A stretch of DNA of 64,000 nucleotides, from positions 10,575 through 74,574 of the forward strand of contig JAJDAT010000032.1 of assembly GCA_029261715.1 (NCBI GenBank), read 5' to 3'. Of the stretch, positions 36,008 through 45,850 are shown piece by piece. Both the position numbers and the translations under genes were made by a program. Each line of letters opens with the position of its first letter. Position 1 is the stretch's first letter. The notes under the pieces were generated by a model that was not told the DNA's origin, made no database searches, and saw only the letters and a list, made by a program, of their open reading frames with translations. Source of the DNA: Nitrospinia bacterium. GTDB lineage: Bacteria > Nitrospinota > Nitrospinia > Nitrospinales > JAJDAT01.

Positions 36008-38935
36008 TTAACATCCTGTCTCAGAACTCCCATTATCCAGAAAATCTCCCAAAACAGTCGATTGAATCGCATTCTCTTTATCTTCAATTCTATCTATAAT
36101 TTGCTCCACTGTATCATCGGGAAATTCACGAAAAAAATCTACGTTTGTATCTCCTGGACCACTCGGAATATCGAAGTCTTCTTCTAATTGATCAACTAAT
36201 ATTTCGAATAAAGCAGGCTCTAAAGTCTGAGCTAACGGACCAAATTGAGTCTCTGGCGTTACTCCCAATAGAATGACATCATTATTTATAAATATAAATG
36301 AATCCAATGCTGCGTCACTTGTAGAACCCAATAAAGGATCAAAAAATGGATCTCCTATAGAATCTAAAAACGGATCAAAAAACGGGTCAAAAAATGGATC
36401 ATCTGCAGCGTCACTTGTAGGTTCGGTGGCGCTTGTTGAATTCCCACCATTTGTATTAACTTGCCCAAAAGTATTTACAGTGTTGCCAACTAATGTCACA
36501 GCGCCGCCTCTTGTCGTGATGGAACTGTCTGTGCTCAATGTAAAATCCCCGCCATCAAATTGATCAAAGTCAGCCGTTGCGGTAAGAGTCTTACCAAAAC
36601 CCGAGATATGAGCTTCAATCCTTGTACCCGAAGTAAAACTAACATCGCCTAGAGCCTTAAAGCTAATATCCTCGTGAAATACAATCTTGGACGCGATACC
36701 TTCTATATTTTTACGAGAAATAAAATTAGTCTTCTTATGCCCTAAATCAATTTCTCCAAATGAAATAGTTCCCGAAAAAATATCGCCAATATTTAACGTA
36801 GTAGTTCTTAACGAATTTATCTCGTTTTGGCTTAAATCGATTGTACATCCCGTTGTTCCTACGCAAATCGTTTCGTCAACAACCGATGAAGCGATAGTAA
36901 TGCTATCGCTAGACCCAGATCCATTTATAAGCGAAAGTGGATTGGTAACTATGGAAGAAGGAAGTCCAAAAATATCTTCTCTATTGCCAGTAAGGCCGCT
37001 TTGAAATTCAAAACCAGAAGCAAATAAAGCCGCAGGCCCACCGCTGGTAGTGATTACAAAAGGGGCAAATTGAGTATAAGTTCCGCTACGATTGAGATCG
37101 AAATCGGCATTAGCAAAAAACGCCCCACCCCCTGTCATGATATTTCCTTTCACGTTTATTCCAGAGTGGGCATTTAAACTAACAGAACCTCCTGATGAAT
37201 TTATTGTACCGTGCGTACTAATAGAGGAACCGGCAACTAAATCAATATCGCCGCCATTAGACTCAATTTTTCCGACCGTCAATGTGAGTCCTGCTATGAG
37301 GTTAATAAAGCCACCCTGTGTCCGAATCATATCGTTGGTGTCATTAAAGGTAATGGGTCCACTGAATGTTTGAAATATAACTGAATTGTTTGAGGTTGTT
37401 TGTAAATCTAATACGTTGTCGCTTAAATCATTAATCGTAATTGATGTATTAGCTTCTAAAATAATATTATTAACTGCATTTAAATCTTCTAAGGCTTTCT
37501 CTGAAATAGTAAAAGTCCCAGATCCATCGGTAAAAAGGACCTCATGGTCCCCAGAAATTTCAGGATCAAAGTCGCTAGATAATTTATCCTCAATAACAAT
37601 ATCGTCAGGATCTAAAAGTAACGTACCAGTTTTGCCATTAGCCGCAGTAGTTACGACCTCGCCATTGAAATCCAAAAATTGTTTACCCGATACTTCCACA
37701 AAACCGCCGTCGCCTGAGTTGGTTCCACCTTTGGCTTCAATCGCTCCATAAAATCGAGTGGTGTCGTCGGCCCAGTAAATAACTCTACCACCGTTACCAT
37801 TGTTTATTGCGTTAGCTTTTACCGTGGTGTTAGAACCGCCAAAAGTCACCGCAGCATTTTGTACTGATCCTTTGCCTTGGTAATCGCCGCCAATTAAAAC
37901 TTCACCACCACCTTGATCACCGGAAACATCGACGATTGCTGTGCCTAATTGACCTACCTTATGACCTAAAATTCGAACGCTACCGCCGATCTCTCCAGAG
38001 CCGGTTCCTGAAGCGTCAAGCGTACCTTCGTTTGTCGCGGTTCCATTTGGTCCCGCTTCTAAATAGATGGCTCCATTTCTTTTAGAAACTGATTGCGCTC
38101 GAATAACCCCCGTATTATTAACCACCGAACGAACCATCTTTTGCGCGGTATGCGCGGTTAACAAAACTTTGCCACCATCGGCTTGGATTGTTCCTGAATT
38201 GAAGACTCCGTTGTCTACAGTCTTTCCGTCTTTATCCACAAACGAACCATCCACCGGTTCGGTGATTGCAAAGTTAATCAACCCGTCGCCGGAAAAATCC
38301 ATGGTTGCCGCTTTGCCCGAACCCAATGCAATCGAACCCAAATTTGCCATTAACATGCCGCGGTTTTCGGCGCGTGGTCCTAACAACCCGATATAACCAG
38401 AAGCGTTTATTTGACCTTCATTTATAACAGCGGCTAAAGGTTTTGATGGATCTTGCGTAAAGCGATAATTACGATTTAAAAAATCTTGATTGGAAATTTG
38501 CAACGACGTCGCCATCAAACTAGCTACATTGATTATTGAGTTCGGACCAAAAAACACTCCCGACGGATTGGTAATAAAAATTTGTCCGTTAGCGTTAAGC
38601 TTTCCTAAGATAGCTGTTGGGTCTTGCCCAATCACTCTATTCAGCGCAACTGAATTAGAATTTGGTTGATTGAACTGCACAGATTCGGATTGACCAATAT
38701 CAAACCCCTGCCAATTAGTAATCATCTGATTCGACGATTGGTTGATCACCATATTTTGGGCGTTTGGTTGTTGGATATTTCCGTTTCCCGCTACTATTTG
38801 GCCGTCTTGCGGCAACGCAAACAGTAGAGCGGGAAAATAACTCATCAAGAAAATCAAAAACCCGACCCAAAAAGGAACCAAATAATAGGGCAATAGTTTC
38901 ACCGGTTTAATATCGTTTTTTCTATTCACAGTCAA
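36008..38935 (-). CDS. TpsA-like exoprotein (TPS domain), 975 aa, tandem paralog
   Basis: The N-terminal roughly 445 aa are near-identical to the 945-aa paralog and the rest is collinear but diverged. Acidic DPFF repeats lie near the C-terminus. Confidence 0.9.
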   Translation of the reverse strand: MTVNRKNDIKPVKLLPYYLVPFWVGFLIFLMSYFPALLFALPQDGQIVAGNGNIQQPNAQNMVINQSSNQMITNWQGFDIGQSESVQFNQPNSNSVALNRVIGQDPTAILGKLNANGQIFITNPSGVFFGPNSIINVASLMATSLQISNQDFLNRNYRFTQDPSKPLAAVINEGQINASGYIGLLGPRAENRGMLMANLGSIALGSGKAATMDFSGDGLINFAITEPVDGSFVDKDGKTVDNGVFNSGTIQADGGKVLLTAHTAQKMVRSVVNNTGVIRAQSVSKRNGAIYLEAGPNGTATNEGTLDASGTGSGEIGGSVRILGHKVGQLGTAIVDVSGDQGGGEVLIGGDYQGKGSVQNAAVTFGGSNTTVKANAINNGNGGRVIYWADDTTRFYGAIEAKGGTNSGDGGFVEVSGKQFLDFNGEVVTTAANGKTGTLLLDPDDIVIEDKLSSDFDPEISGDHEVLFTDGSGTFTISEKALEDLNAVNNIILEANTSITINDLSDNVLDLQTTSNNSVIFQTFSGPITFNDTNDMIRTQGGFINLIAGLTLTVGKIESNGGDIDLVAGSSISTHGTINSSGGSVSLNAHSGINVKGNIMTGGGAFFANADFDLNRSGTYTQFAPFVITTSGGPAALFASGFEFQSGLTGNREDIFGLPSSIVTNPLSLINGSGSSDSITIASSVVDETICVGTTGCTIDLSQNEINSLRTTTLNIGDIFSGTISFGEIDLGHKKTNFISRKNIEGIASKIVFHEDISFKALGDVSFTSGTRIEAHISGFGKTLTATADFDQFDGGDFTLSTDSSITTRGGAVTLVGNTVNTFGQVNTNGGNSTSATEPTSDAADDPFFDPFFDPFLDSIGDPFFDPLLGSTSDAALDSFIFINNDVILLGVTPETQFGPLAQTLEPALFEILVDQLEEDFDIPSGPGDTNVDFFREFPDDTVEQIIDRIEDKENAIQSTVLGDFLDNGSSETGC

Positions 38936-38952
38936 AAGCTATAAAGATAAGT

Positions 38953-40026
38953 TTAAGGAGTGCATCCTTGCGCTACTGCAGCAAAAGGAACATTAACAGG
39001 AGTATTAAACGCAACTGCTATATCTGGTCCTGCTGCGCTTACGAAATCGGATACGATAGAATCTCCTCCTCCCACATTGGAGTTTGATGCAGGTTGGGAA
39101 TCTTGTGAACTTGAAGTAGAGTCACCACTATCAGAAGAACTCGTGTCTCCAGAACTGGTACTCGAACTTGAATCAGAATCGGAACTACTGTCAGACTGTG
39201 AAGTCGATTGTTGAGTTGAGCCTGAGTCTTGTTTAAACATGGACGAAGGCAAACTGGTTCCAATCCGTCCCAGAACAACAGTACTGATGGAATTAAAATT
39301 ACTATTAGACATGGTCTGAGGAACTGATGGGGCTTGTCCCTGCGGAATTGTGCTCACGCTATTGGCTCCCACCAACTGGCTACCCGCAACATTAGGATCG
39401 ACATTGGAAGCGCTCATAGCTCCTGTTTTATTAGCCACAATCGTTTTTGTTGGAGAGGAGCTAATAAACCCAAAGGTACCTCTGGACGATAAGTTTGCAG
39501 TTGGCGTAACGACGCGAAAATTAGAATCTTTATTTTTTTGGCTTTTGTTAATGATGTACATAGAAAGACCACTAGCTACATTGATCAATCCTTGTCTTAG
39601 TTTTTTCCCCTTATTAACCTTGTAGGAACCAATTGACATTTTAGAATTTGGACCCAAAGCCAAAAGACTATTGTCTTTAAATTTTATTTTTAGCCGGCTC
39701 CCTCTTTTTGTGCGGAATCGGTCGGATGCATAAACTTCTTGTTTGAATTTGGCGCTTTTCCAGACAGCATTTGGATCGAATGAAACTGGTTTTATACTTA
39801 ATTTACCTGGAGTGGACTTGGCTACTGGTTCCGAACCTCCCGCCATCATTTCTACAGTTCCAATTATTCCAATAATCGTCCCAACCGGTTTTTCCTCAGC
39901 GGCCCAAGCAACAGATCCGAAATGTGAAGCTACAGACCCAAAATGTGAAATAACAAGCACAAAAATTGCCGACCAAAAAATACCGGGACCAGGGTTTGGA
40001 CGCGAAAAATTTATAGAGTCCGCCAT
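38953..40026 (-). CDS. Secreted FecR-domain protein (357 aa)
   Basis: Signal peptide, FecR-like core (DRFRTKRGSRLKIKFKDNSLLALGPNSKMSI...RGTFGF), and a Ser/Asp-rich tail ending AVAQGCTP. It is the first gene of the minus-strand operon, with a 17-nt gap to the tpsA gene. Confidence 0.75.
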   Translation of the reverse strand: MADSINFSRPNPGPGIFWSAIFVLVISHFGSVASHFGSVAWAAEEKPVGTIIGIIGTVEMMAGGSEPVAKSTPGKLSIKPVSFDPNAVWKSAKFKQEVYASDRFRTKRGSRLKIKFKDNSLLALGPNSKMSIGSYKVNKGKKLRQGLINVASGLSMYIINKSQKNKDSNFRVVTPTANLSSRGTFGFISSSPTKTIVANKTGAMSASNVDPNVAGSQLVGANSVSTIPQGQAPSVPQTMSNSNFNSISTVVLGRIGTSLPSSMFKQDSGSTQQSTSQSDSSSDSDSSSSTSSGDTSSSDSGDSTSSSQDSQPASNSNVGGGDSIVSDFVSAAGPDIAVAFNTPVNVPFAAVAQGCTP

Positions 40027-40175
40027 TTTTCTCCCTCTTTTAAAGAATAATGTCCAATATGAATATTTATTTAATTAAATTATTGTAAATTTAAACAAAA
40101 AAATCAAACTTATTATTTACGGATAAACCGCTTTTATAGTTTTATATTCATTAATGATACCATTTCCTCCAAAAA

Positions 40176-40193
40176 GTAAGGAGATGGGTCACA
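40176..40193 (-). promoter_or_regulatory. Conserved 18-nt motif TGTGACCCATCTCCTTAC (copy c)
   Basis: Third copy of the TGTGA-N6-TCCTT motif, about 150 nt upstream of the FecR-like gene start (40026) on the minus strand. Confidence 0.55.
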
Positions 40194-40392
40194 TTTCTAA
40201 AGATTTGTCTTAATAAATTTCAATTCCTAAGTGATTTTCAGGTTTATTTCTGCCCCGTGGAGAAGGGGATCTCAAAGAATTTTCGTCTAAGTCCCGCAAC
40301 TAAAATCAGAAATAAAGAAAGAGCTTGAAAAAGACCCGTTCTATATGCTAATTTCTCCCTCTTTATCCATATTTTATAATGGGTTTCAGGTT

Positions 40393-40407
40393 TGTGACAA
40401 TTTCACA
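40393..40407. promoter_or_regulatory. Palindrome TGTGA-CAATT-TCACA upstream of the KAS gene
   Basis: CRP/FNR-family-like half-sites with a 5-nt rather than 6-nt spacer, 45 nt upstream of ATG 40452. Confidence 0.35.
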
Positions 40408-40451
40408 CTTGTTTCCTAATGGGACGTTTGGCATTTTTACTTCGAAACTGA

Positions 40452-41702
40452 ATGGTTGACCAAAAAAACCCAGACTGGCGGATTGTCATCACGGGTGTTG
40501 GGCTGACCTCTCCCAATGGCAATAATCTAGCGGAATACCGAGAGAATCTGCTTCAAGGAAAATCGGGTATTGAAAAAATTGATATCCGATACATGGGAGA
40601 AGTTTTAGCCGGAGTTTGCAATTTTGACGAATTCAAATACCAGAAAAAGAAAGAACGAAGAAGAGGAACCCGGGCAGGTTCGGTTGGTATTTATTGCGCT
40701 CATGAAGCTATTACCGATTGCGGAATAGAATTAGACTCCTTCGATAAATCCAGAATAGGTATTTATTGTGGCGTTACGGAGCACGGCAACGTTGAAACGG
40801 AAAACGAAGTTTTCAACATAAGCCAATATGGTTACGACGTTAAATATTGGTCGCATCATCACAACCCGCGAACGGTAGCCAATAATCCTGCGGGAGAAAT
40901 TTCTCTCAATTTAAAAATTACCGGTCCACATTATTCAATTGGGGCGGCTTGTGCAGCCGGTAATTTAGGAGTGATTCAGGGATGCCAAATGTTGAGGCTA
41001 AAAGAAGTCGATATGGCTTTAGCCGGGGGTATTTCAGAAAGTATCCACACATTCGGTATTTTTGCTAGTTTTAAAAGCCAAGGGGCTTTGGCCTGGCACG
41101 AAGATCCAGAAAAAGCCAGCCGTCCTTTTGATTCAAGCCGAAATGGCATTGTTTGTTCCGAGGGTGGTTGTTTATATACATTAGAAAGATTATCAGACGC
41201 TCAAAAAAGAGGAGCCAAAATTTACGGGGAAATTGTTGGATACGGTGTTAACTCCGACGCTTTTGATTTTGTACTACCTCAACCCAAAGGCCAAACAGAC
41301 TGTTTAAATATGGCTTTGAATAATGCGGGTTTGAAAGCGGACGACATTGACATAGTAAATACCCATGCAACTTCAACCCCACAGGGCGACATCCAAGAAT
41401 GCATCGCAATTCGCAACGTTTTTGGTAATAGTAAAAATACTTGGATTAATAACACAAAAAGCTATATAGGACATGCAATGGGCGCTGCAGGAGCGCTAGA
41501 ATTAGCGGGAAATTTACCGGCATTTGACGATAAAATCGTCCATCCCACTATAAATATTGATCAGTTGGACCCAGAATGCGCTTTAGACAACTTGGTAATT
41601 AACCAACCGAAGCCGGTTGACCAGGTAAATTACATATTAAATAACTCATTTGGCATGCTTGGCATCAATTCCGCTTTGATCGTGAAACGGTTTGAAATAT
41701 AA
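40452..41702 (+). CDS. Beta-ketoacyl-ACP synthase (FabF/FabB-type KAS)
   Basis: 416 aa. Active-site Cys in YSIGAACAAG, and His motifs NTHATSTPQGD and SYIGHAMGAAG. Confidence 0.88.
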   Translation: MVDQKNPDWRIVITGVGLTSPNGNNLAEYRENLLQGKSGIEKIDIRYMGEVLAGVCNFDEFKYQKKKERRRGTRAGSVGIYCAHEAITDCGIELDSFDKSRIGIYCGVTEHGNVETENEVFNISQYGYDVKYWSHHHNPRTVANNPAGEISLNLKITGPHYSIGAACAAGNLGVIQGCQMLRLKEVDMALAGGISESIHTFGIFASFKSQGALAWHEDPEKASRPFDSSRNGIVCSEGGCLYTLERLSDAQKRGAKIYGEIVGYGVNSDAFDFVLPQPKGQTDCLNMALNNAGLKADDIDIVNTHATSTPQGDIQECIAIRNVFGNSKNTWINNTKSYIGHAMGAAGALELAGNLPAFDDKIVHPTINIDQLDPECALDNLVINQPKPVDQVNYILNNSFGMLGINSALIVKRFEI

Positions 41703-41752
41703 TAGGCGGTAGACTTAGGTAGGGAATCATAGAGGAGAGGAGTATTACTATA

Positions 41753-42016
41753 ATGACGAGAGACGACGTTAGAAATGCGGTTATTGGAATTTTGACCGAT
41801 ATTGCGCCGGACGAAGATTTTGATGCATTGAAGGACGAAGAGAAGTTGCGAGACCAGTTTGATTTAGATTCGATGGATTTTCTAGATATCGTTATGGAAT
41901 TGAGGAAGCGATACAACATCGAGGTTCCAGAAGCTGATTACGAACAACTCGTTACTATGACAAGCTGTATCGATTATTTGCAGCCTCTTTTAAAAAACCA
42001 GCAAATGGCTAGTTAA
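41753..42016 (+). CDS. Acyl carrier protein
   Basis: 87 aa. The phosphopantetheine attachment motif is FDLDSMDFLDIVMEL. Confidence 0.8.
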   Translation: MTRDDVRNAVIGILTDIAPDEDFDALKDEEKLRDQFDLDSMDFLDIVMELRKRYNIEVPEADYEQLVTMTSCIDYLQPLLKNQQMAS

Positions 42017-42141
42017 GCAAGGTTAAATACTCGGCTGTTCTTTCCCCCTATTAGAACAGCCTCGTCACAATAGACTCAATACCTAGCCAGTATAATTTTA
42101 CCCCTCCTCAAAGAATTATTACTGAAAGTTCATACCAAAAT

Positions 42142-43527
42142 ATGAAATACGACGCCATTATTCTAGGCGCCGGACTATCCGGCTTAGCTGCTGGAATTCG
42201 ACTTGCCTGCTTCGATAAGAAAGTATGCATCGTAGAAAAACATGTCGAAATTGGCGGATTAAACTCTTTCTACCAAATGAAAGACCGATGGTTTGACGTT
42301 GGACTTCACGCCATGACAAACTATTCACCGAAGGGAGTCCGCTCTTCTCCACTTGGAAAACTTTTAAAGCAACTTCGGTTCAAACATGAAGATTTTCAAC
42401 TATGCCAGCAAAAAGAATCAGAAATCAGCTTTCCTGGAGTTTCCCTAAGGTTTTCTAATGATTTTGAACTTTTTAGGCAAGAAATATCAGAAAAGTTTCC
42501 AAACCAAATCGATGGTTTTGACCAATTAACTCAAAGAATTCGCGACCATGACGATCTATCGCTTAAAAGCGGTTTCCTATCGTCTCGATCTGTTTTGGCG
42601 GAATACCTCACGGAGCCCAAACTTGCGGAAATGTTATTTTGTCCCCTGATGTTTTATGGCAATCCCCAAGCGGACGATATGGATTTCACTCAATTCACCA
42701 TCATGTTTAAAGCTATATTTCTTGAAGGCTTCGCTAAACCTTTGGGGGGAATGCGTCACATTCTTAAACTGATGGTGGACAAATATAAAAGCTATGGAGG
42801 CGAACTGAGGCTAGGACGAGCCGTAAAATCCCTTAATTTATCAAGCGAAGAAGTTAACTCCGTAACGTTGTCTAAGGGTGAAGAGCTACAAGCGGAAACT
42901 GTAATTTCGTCAATCGGATATGCAGAAACTATGCGACTTTGCGCGCCTGAAAAATTTCCCGAGGACTCTCTACAAGATGGGGAAATTTCTTTTGTAGAAT
43001 CTCAATATGTTTTAAACGTCCAACCTTCCGAAATTGGATACGACAAAAGTATCGTTTTTTTTAATACCAAGGACGAATTTAGTTATCGTAAACCCAAAGA
43101 AATGGTAGATTTAGCTTCAGGAATAGTTTGCTGCGCTAATAATTTCGATTACCCTAAAGAACAAGAAGGCCTCATTCGATTTACTTTTTTGGCTAATCCA
43201 GACCTTTGGTTTGGGCTTTCACGAACAGAATATAAGGAAGCAAAGTCTTATTGGCAGAAAAAAACTTTGGAAGCGGTAGTCGGTTTTTTGCCCGATTTTC
43301 GCGATTCTGTGGTATTTTTAGATACTTTCACCCCAAAAACTATTAAAAAATTTACCGGTCACGCAAACGGAGCCGTTTATGGATCGCCTGTTAAAATCCG
43401 TGATGGAAAAACTCCGGTAAAAAATCTATTTATTTGTGGCACCGATCAGGGTTTTTTAGGTATTATTGGAGCCACTTTAAGCGGCGTTACAGTTGCGAAT
43501 ATTTACGGGTTAAAAGCATCTTATTAA
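42142..43527 (+). CDS. FAD/NAD(P)-dependent oxidoreductase, phytoene-desaturase (CrtI)-like family
   Basis: 461 aa. N-terminal dinucleotide fold YDAIILGAGLSGLAAGIRLA...VEKHVEIGG, and a C-terminal FICGTDQGFLGIIGATLSG. Confidence 0.7.
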   Translation: MKYDAIILGAGLSGLAAGIRLACFDKKVCIVEKHVEIGGLNSFYQMKDRWFDVGLHAMTNYSPKGVRSSPLGKLLKQLRFKHEDFQLCQQKESEISFPGVSLRFSNDFELFRQEISEKFPNQIDGFDQLTQRIRDHDDLSLKSGFLSSRSVLAEYLTEPKLAEMLFCPLMFYGNPQADDMDFTQFTIMFKAIFLEGFAKPLGGMRHILKLMVDKYKSYGGELRLGRAVKSLNLSSEEVNSVTLSKGEELQAETVISSIGYAETMRLCAPEKFPEDSLQDGEISFVESQYVLNVQPSEIGYDKSIVFFNTKDEFSYRKPKEMVDLASGIVCCANNFDYPKEQEGLIRFTFLANPDLWFGLSRTEYKEAKSYWQKKTLEAVVGFLPDFRDSVVFLDTFTPKTIKKFTGHANGAVYGSPVKIRDGKTPVKNLFICGTDQGFLGIIGATLSGVTVANIYGLKASY

Positions 43528-43596
43528 AGAATACCTTTAGATAAGTCGAAATAATAAAATAAAATTAGCTTTTAAAAATTTACTGTTGGAAAAATT

Positions 43597-45039
43597 ATGG
43601 CAAGGAATTGGTTAAAAGGAGCACAAACTCGTTACGATAGCGTTGTAATAGGCAGTGGCCTGGCAGGGATGACGGCTGCAAATATGCTCGCTAAAGCCGG
43701 TCATTCGGTTTTACTGCTAGAGCAGCATTACAATTTTGGCGGACTAGCTACCTGGTTTAAACGCAAAGGTGGGCACATCCTAGATATTTCTCTTCACGGA
43801 TTTCCTATCGGGATGATAAAAACCTGCCGAAAATACTGGAGCAAAGAGATCGCCGATTCCATTGTTAGACTCCAAGGAGTTCGCTTCGACAATCCCCAAT
43901 TCACTTTTTCCACCACCTTTGACAAAATTGATTTTACTAATATCATGCGCGAAAGATTTGGCGTCTTGAAGGAAGTGATTGACGACTTTTTTGTGACAGC
44001 CCGAGAAATGAATTTCTACGATAATCTTTCCATGACCACCCGGGATTTATTCGAAAAGTTTTTCCCTGGAAGAACCGATATTCACCGGCTCTTAATGGAA
44101 CCAATCACTTATGCAAATGGTTCTACTTTGGACGATCCAGCCGTAACCTACGGCATTGTATTTTCTAACTTCATGGACAAAGGAGTTTATACCTTTAAAG
44201 GCGGCACTGACGCGCTGGTCAAAAAAATGAAAAAAGAAATGCTAAAAAATGGCGTGGATATCCGGAACCATTGCTTGGTCGATAAAATTTTAGTAGAAGA
44301 TAAAAAAACCCGAGGAGTTCGCGTCAATGGTCGCGAAATTGAATCAGATGTTGTGCTCTCGAACTCTAGCTTACCGGCTACAATTCACAAATTAACCGGC
44401 GATGAACATTTTTCTCCAGAATTTTTAGAAGAAGCGAGAAAAGTGAGAATGAATAACAGCAGTTGCCAGGTTTATATGGGAATAAAAAAAGGCGAAAAGA
44501 TCGATTACACTGGGGACTTGTTGTTTACCTCCGTAACCGACGAGTTTAGCGCAAAAAAGTTATGCGATAAAAATGTTACCAGCAGAACATTTTCATTTTA
44601 TTATCCAGAAATCAGGCCAGGTACTAACCAATACTCAATAGTTTCTTCTACAAACGCTAATTTTGAAGACTGGGCGAATCTAACTGAAGAAGAATACCTC
44701 AAAGAAAAAGATAAGTTGATCGAATCCACCTTAACTGCGCTTGAAAAGTACGTTCCCGATATTCGCAGTAAAGTCGACCATGTGGAAGCCTCAACTCCGA
44801 AAACGTTTAAGCGTTACACTATGCATACACGCGGTTCTTCGTTCGGCACTAAATTTGAGGGACTGAAAATTAGCAAAGAATTGCCCGAACAAATTGCGGG
44901 CTTATTTCATACGGGATCGGTCGGCATCATAATGTCGGGTTGGCTCGGAGCCGCCAACTACGGAGTTATCGTTTCAAATGAAGTGGATCGCTTTCTTAGA
45001 AAAGTAAAATCCGAAAGATTAGAAACGGTAAGCGTCTAA
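43597..45039 (+). CDS. FAD/NAD(P)-dependent oxidoreductase, phytoene-desaturase (CrtI)-like family (second copy)
   Basis: 480 aa. [20 protein letters not shown]...LEQHYNFGG, and a C-terminal [21 protein letters not shown]. Confidence 0.7.
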   Translation: MARNWLKGAQTRYDSVVIGSGLAGMTAANMLAKAGHSVLLLEQHYNFGGLATWFKRKGGHILDISLHGFPIGMIKTCRKYWSKEIADSIVRLQGVRFDNPQFTFSTTFDKIDFTNIMRERFGVLKEVIDDFFVTAREMNFYDNLSMTTRDLFEKFFPGRTDIHRLLMEPITYANGSTLDDPAVTYGIVFSNFMDKGVYTFKGGTDALVKKMKKEMLKNGVDIRNHCLVDKILVEDKKTRGVRVNGREIESDVVLSNSSLPATIHKLTGDEHFSPEFLEEARKVRMNNSSCQVYMGIKKGEKIDYTGDLLFTSVTDEFSAKKLCDKNVTSRTFSFYYPEIRPGTNQYSIVSSTNANFEDWANLTEEEYLKEKDKLIESTLTALEKYVPDIRSKVDHVEASTPKTFKRYTMHTRGSSFGTKFEGLKISKELPEQIAGLFHTGSVGIIMSGWLGAANYGVIVSNEVDRFLRKVKSERLETVSV

Positions 45040-45098
45040 TACTTCAGCGAAAGATCTTGTTTTGAGCAGAACTTTTTTCCTTCCTTTTAGTTATCCTT

Positions 45099-45842
45099 AT
45101 GCAATTTGATTTTTCCGACCAAACCGCTATCGTCACTGGAGGAACCCGAGGCATTGGTAGAAGCGTTTCAGAAGCTTTTTTAAAAGCGGGCGCTAAAGTC
45201 GTGGCAACTTATAAAAGCAACCACGATGCCGCCGAATCTTTTTGCAAAGACAACTCTCAATACAATTCCCAAATACAACTTGCACAGTTTGACGTATCCG
45301 ATAGCGAAGGAGTCGAAGGATTCTACAAACTTGTAGAAGAACGATATGGACCATTCCAAATTTTGGTTAATAATTCGGGAATTCGCAAAGATTCCGTTGT
45401 GGGAATGATGAAGGAAGAAGATTGGCGAGACGTTATTGACGCAAATTTGACCGGAACTTTTTTAATGAGCAAATTGGCGGTTCATCATCTCATGCGCCAA
45501 AGGTATGGCCGAATCATAACCATCACCTCCCCTATTGGCCGGATGGGTTTTGCCGGGCAATCTAATTACGCCGCTTCCAAAGCTGCGCAAGTCGCTTTCA
45601 CTCAATCGTTAGCAAAAGAAGTCGCCAGCCGCGGAATCACCGCTAATTGTATTTCGCCGGGTTTTATCGAAACGGATTTCATATCCGATCTATCCGACAA
45701 ACAGCGGGATGGCTATAAAGCTTTAGTTCCACTCAAACGATTTGGCAAACCTGAAGAAGTCGCCAATGCGGTATTGTTTCTCGCCTCCAAAGAAACCGCT
45801 TATATTACGGGAACCACCCTAGAAATTTCCGGCGGACTTTAA
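45099..45842 (+). CDS. fabG: 3-oxoacyl-ACP reductase (SDR family, FabG-like)
   Basis: 247 aa. TGGTRGIGRS, NNSGI and the YAASKAA (YxxxK) motif. Confidence 0.85.
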   Translation: MQFDFSDQTAIVTGGTRGIGRSVSEAFLKAGAKVVATYKSNHDAAESFCKDNSQYNSQIQLAQFDVSDSEGVEGFYKLVEERYGPFQILVNNSGIRKDSVVGMMKEEDWRDVIDANLTGTFLMSKLAVHHLMRQRYGRIITITSPIGRMGFAGQSNYAASKAAQVAFTQSLAKEVASRGITANCISPGFIETDFISDLSDKQRDGYKALVPLKRFGKPEEVANAVLFLASKETAYITGTTLEISGGL

Positions 45843-45850
45843 AAAACCAA

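Noticed and set aside
33444-38396. Plus-strand ORFs of 61-121 aa inside the two tandem tpsA genes.
   Set aside because: This is the same antisense artefact. They overlap well-supported minus-strand CDSs and have low-complexity composition.
33143-38935. A contact-dependent inhibition (CdiA-CT/CdiI-like) reading of the tandem TpsA genes.
   Set aside because: - No VENN-type demarcation motif.
- The C-terminal tails are conserved rather than polymorphic.
- The gaps after each gene (27 nt, and the convergent gene end) leave no room for immunity ORFs.
39911-39952. A 21-nt tandem duplication (the SHFGSVA repeat) in the signal peptide of the FecR-like protein.
   Set aside because: The duplication is real, but it sits in the hydrophobic signal region and is probably a neutral slippage event, so it is not reported as a feature of interest.
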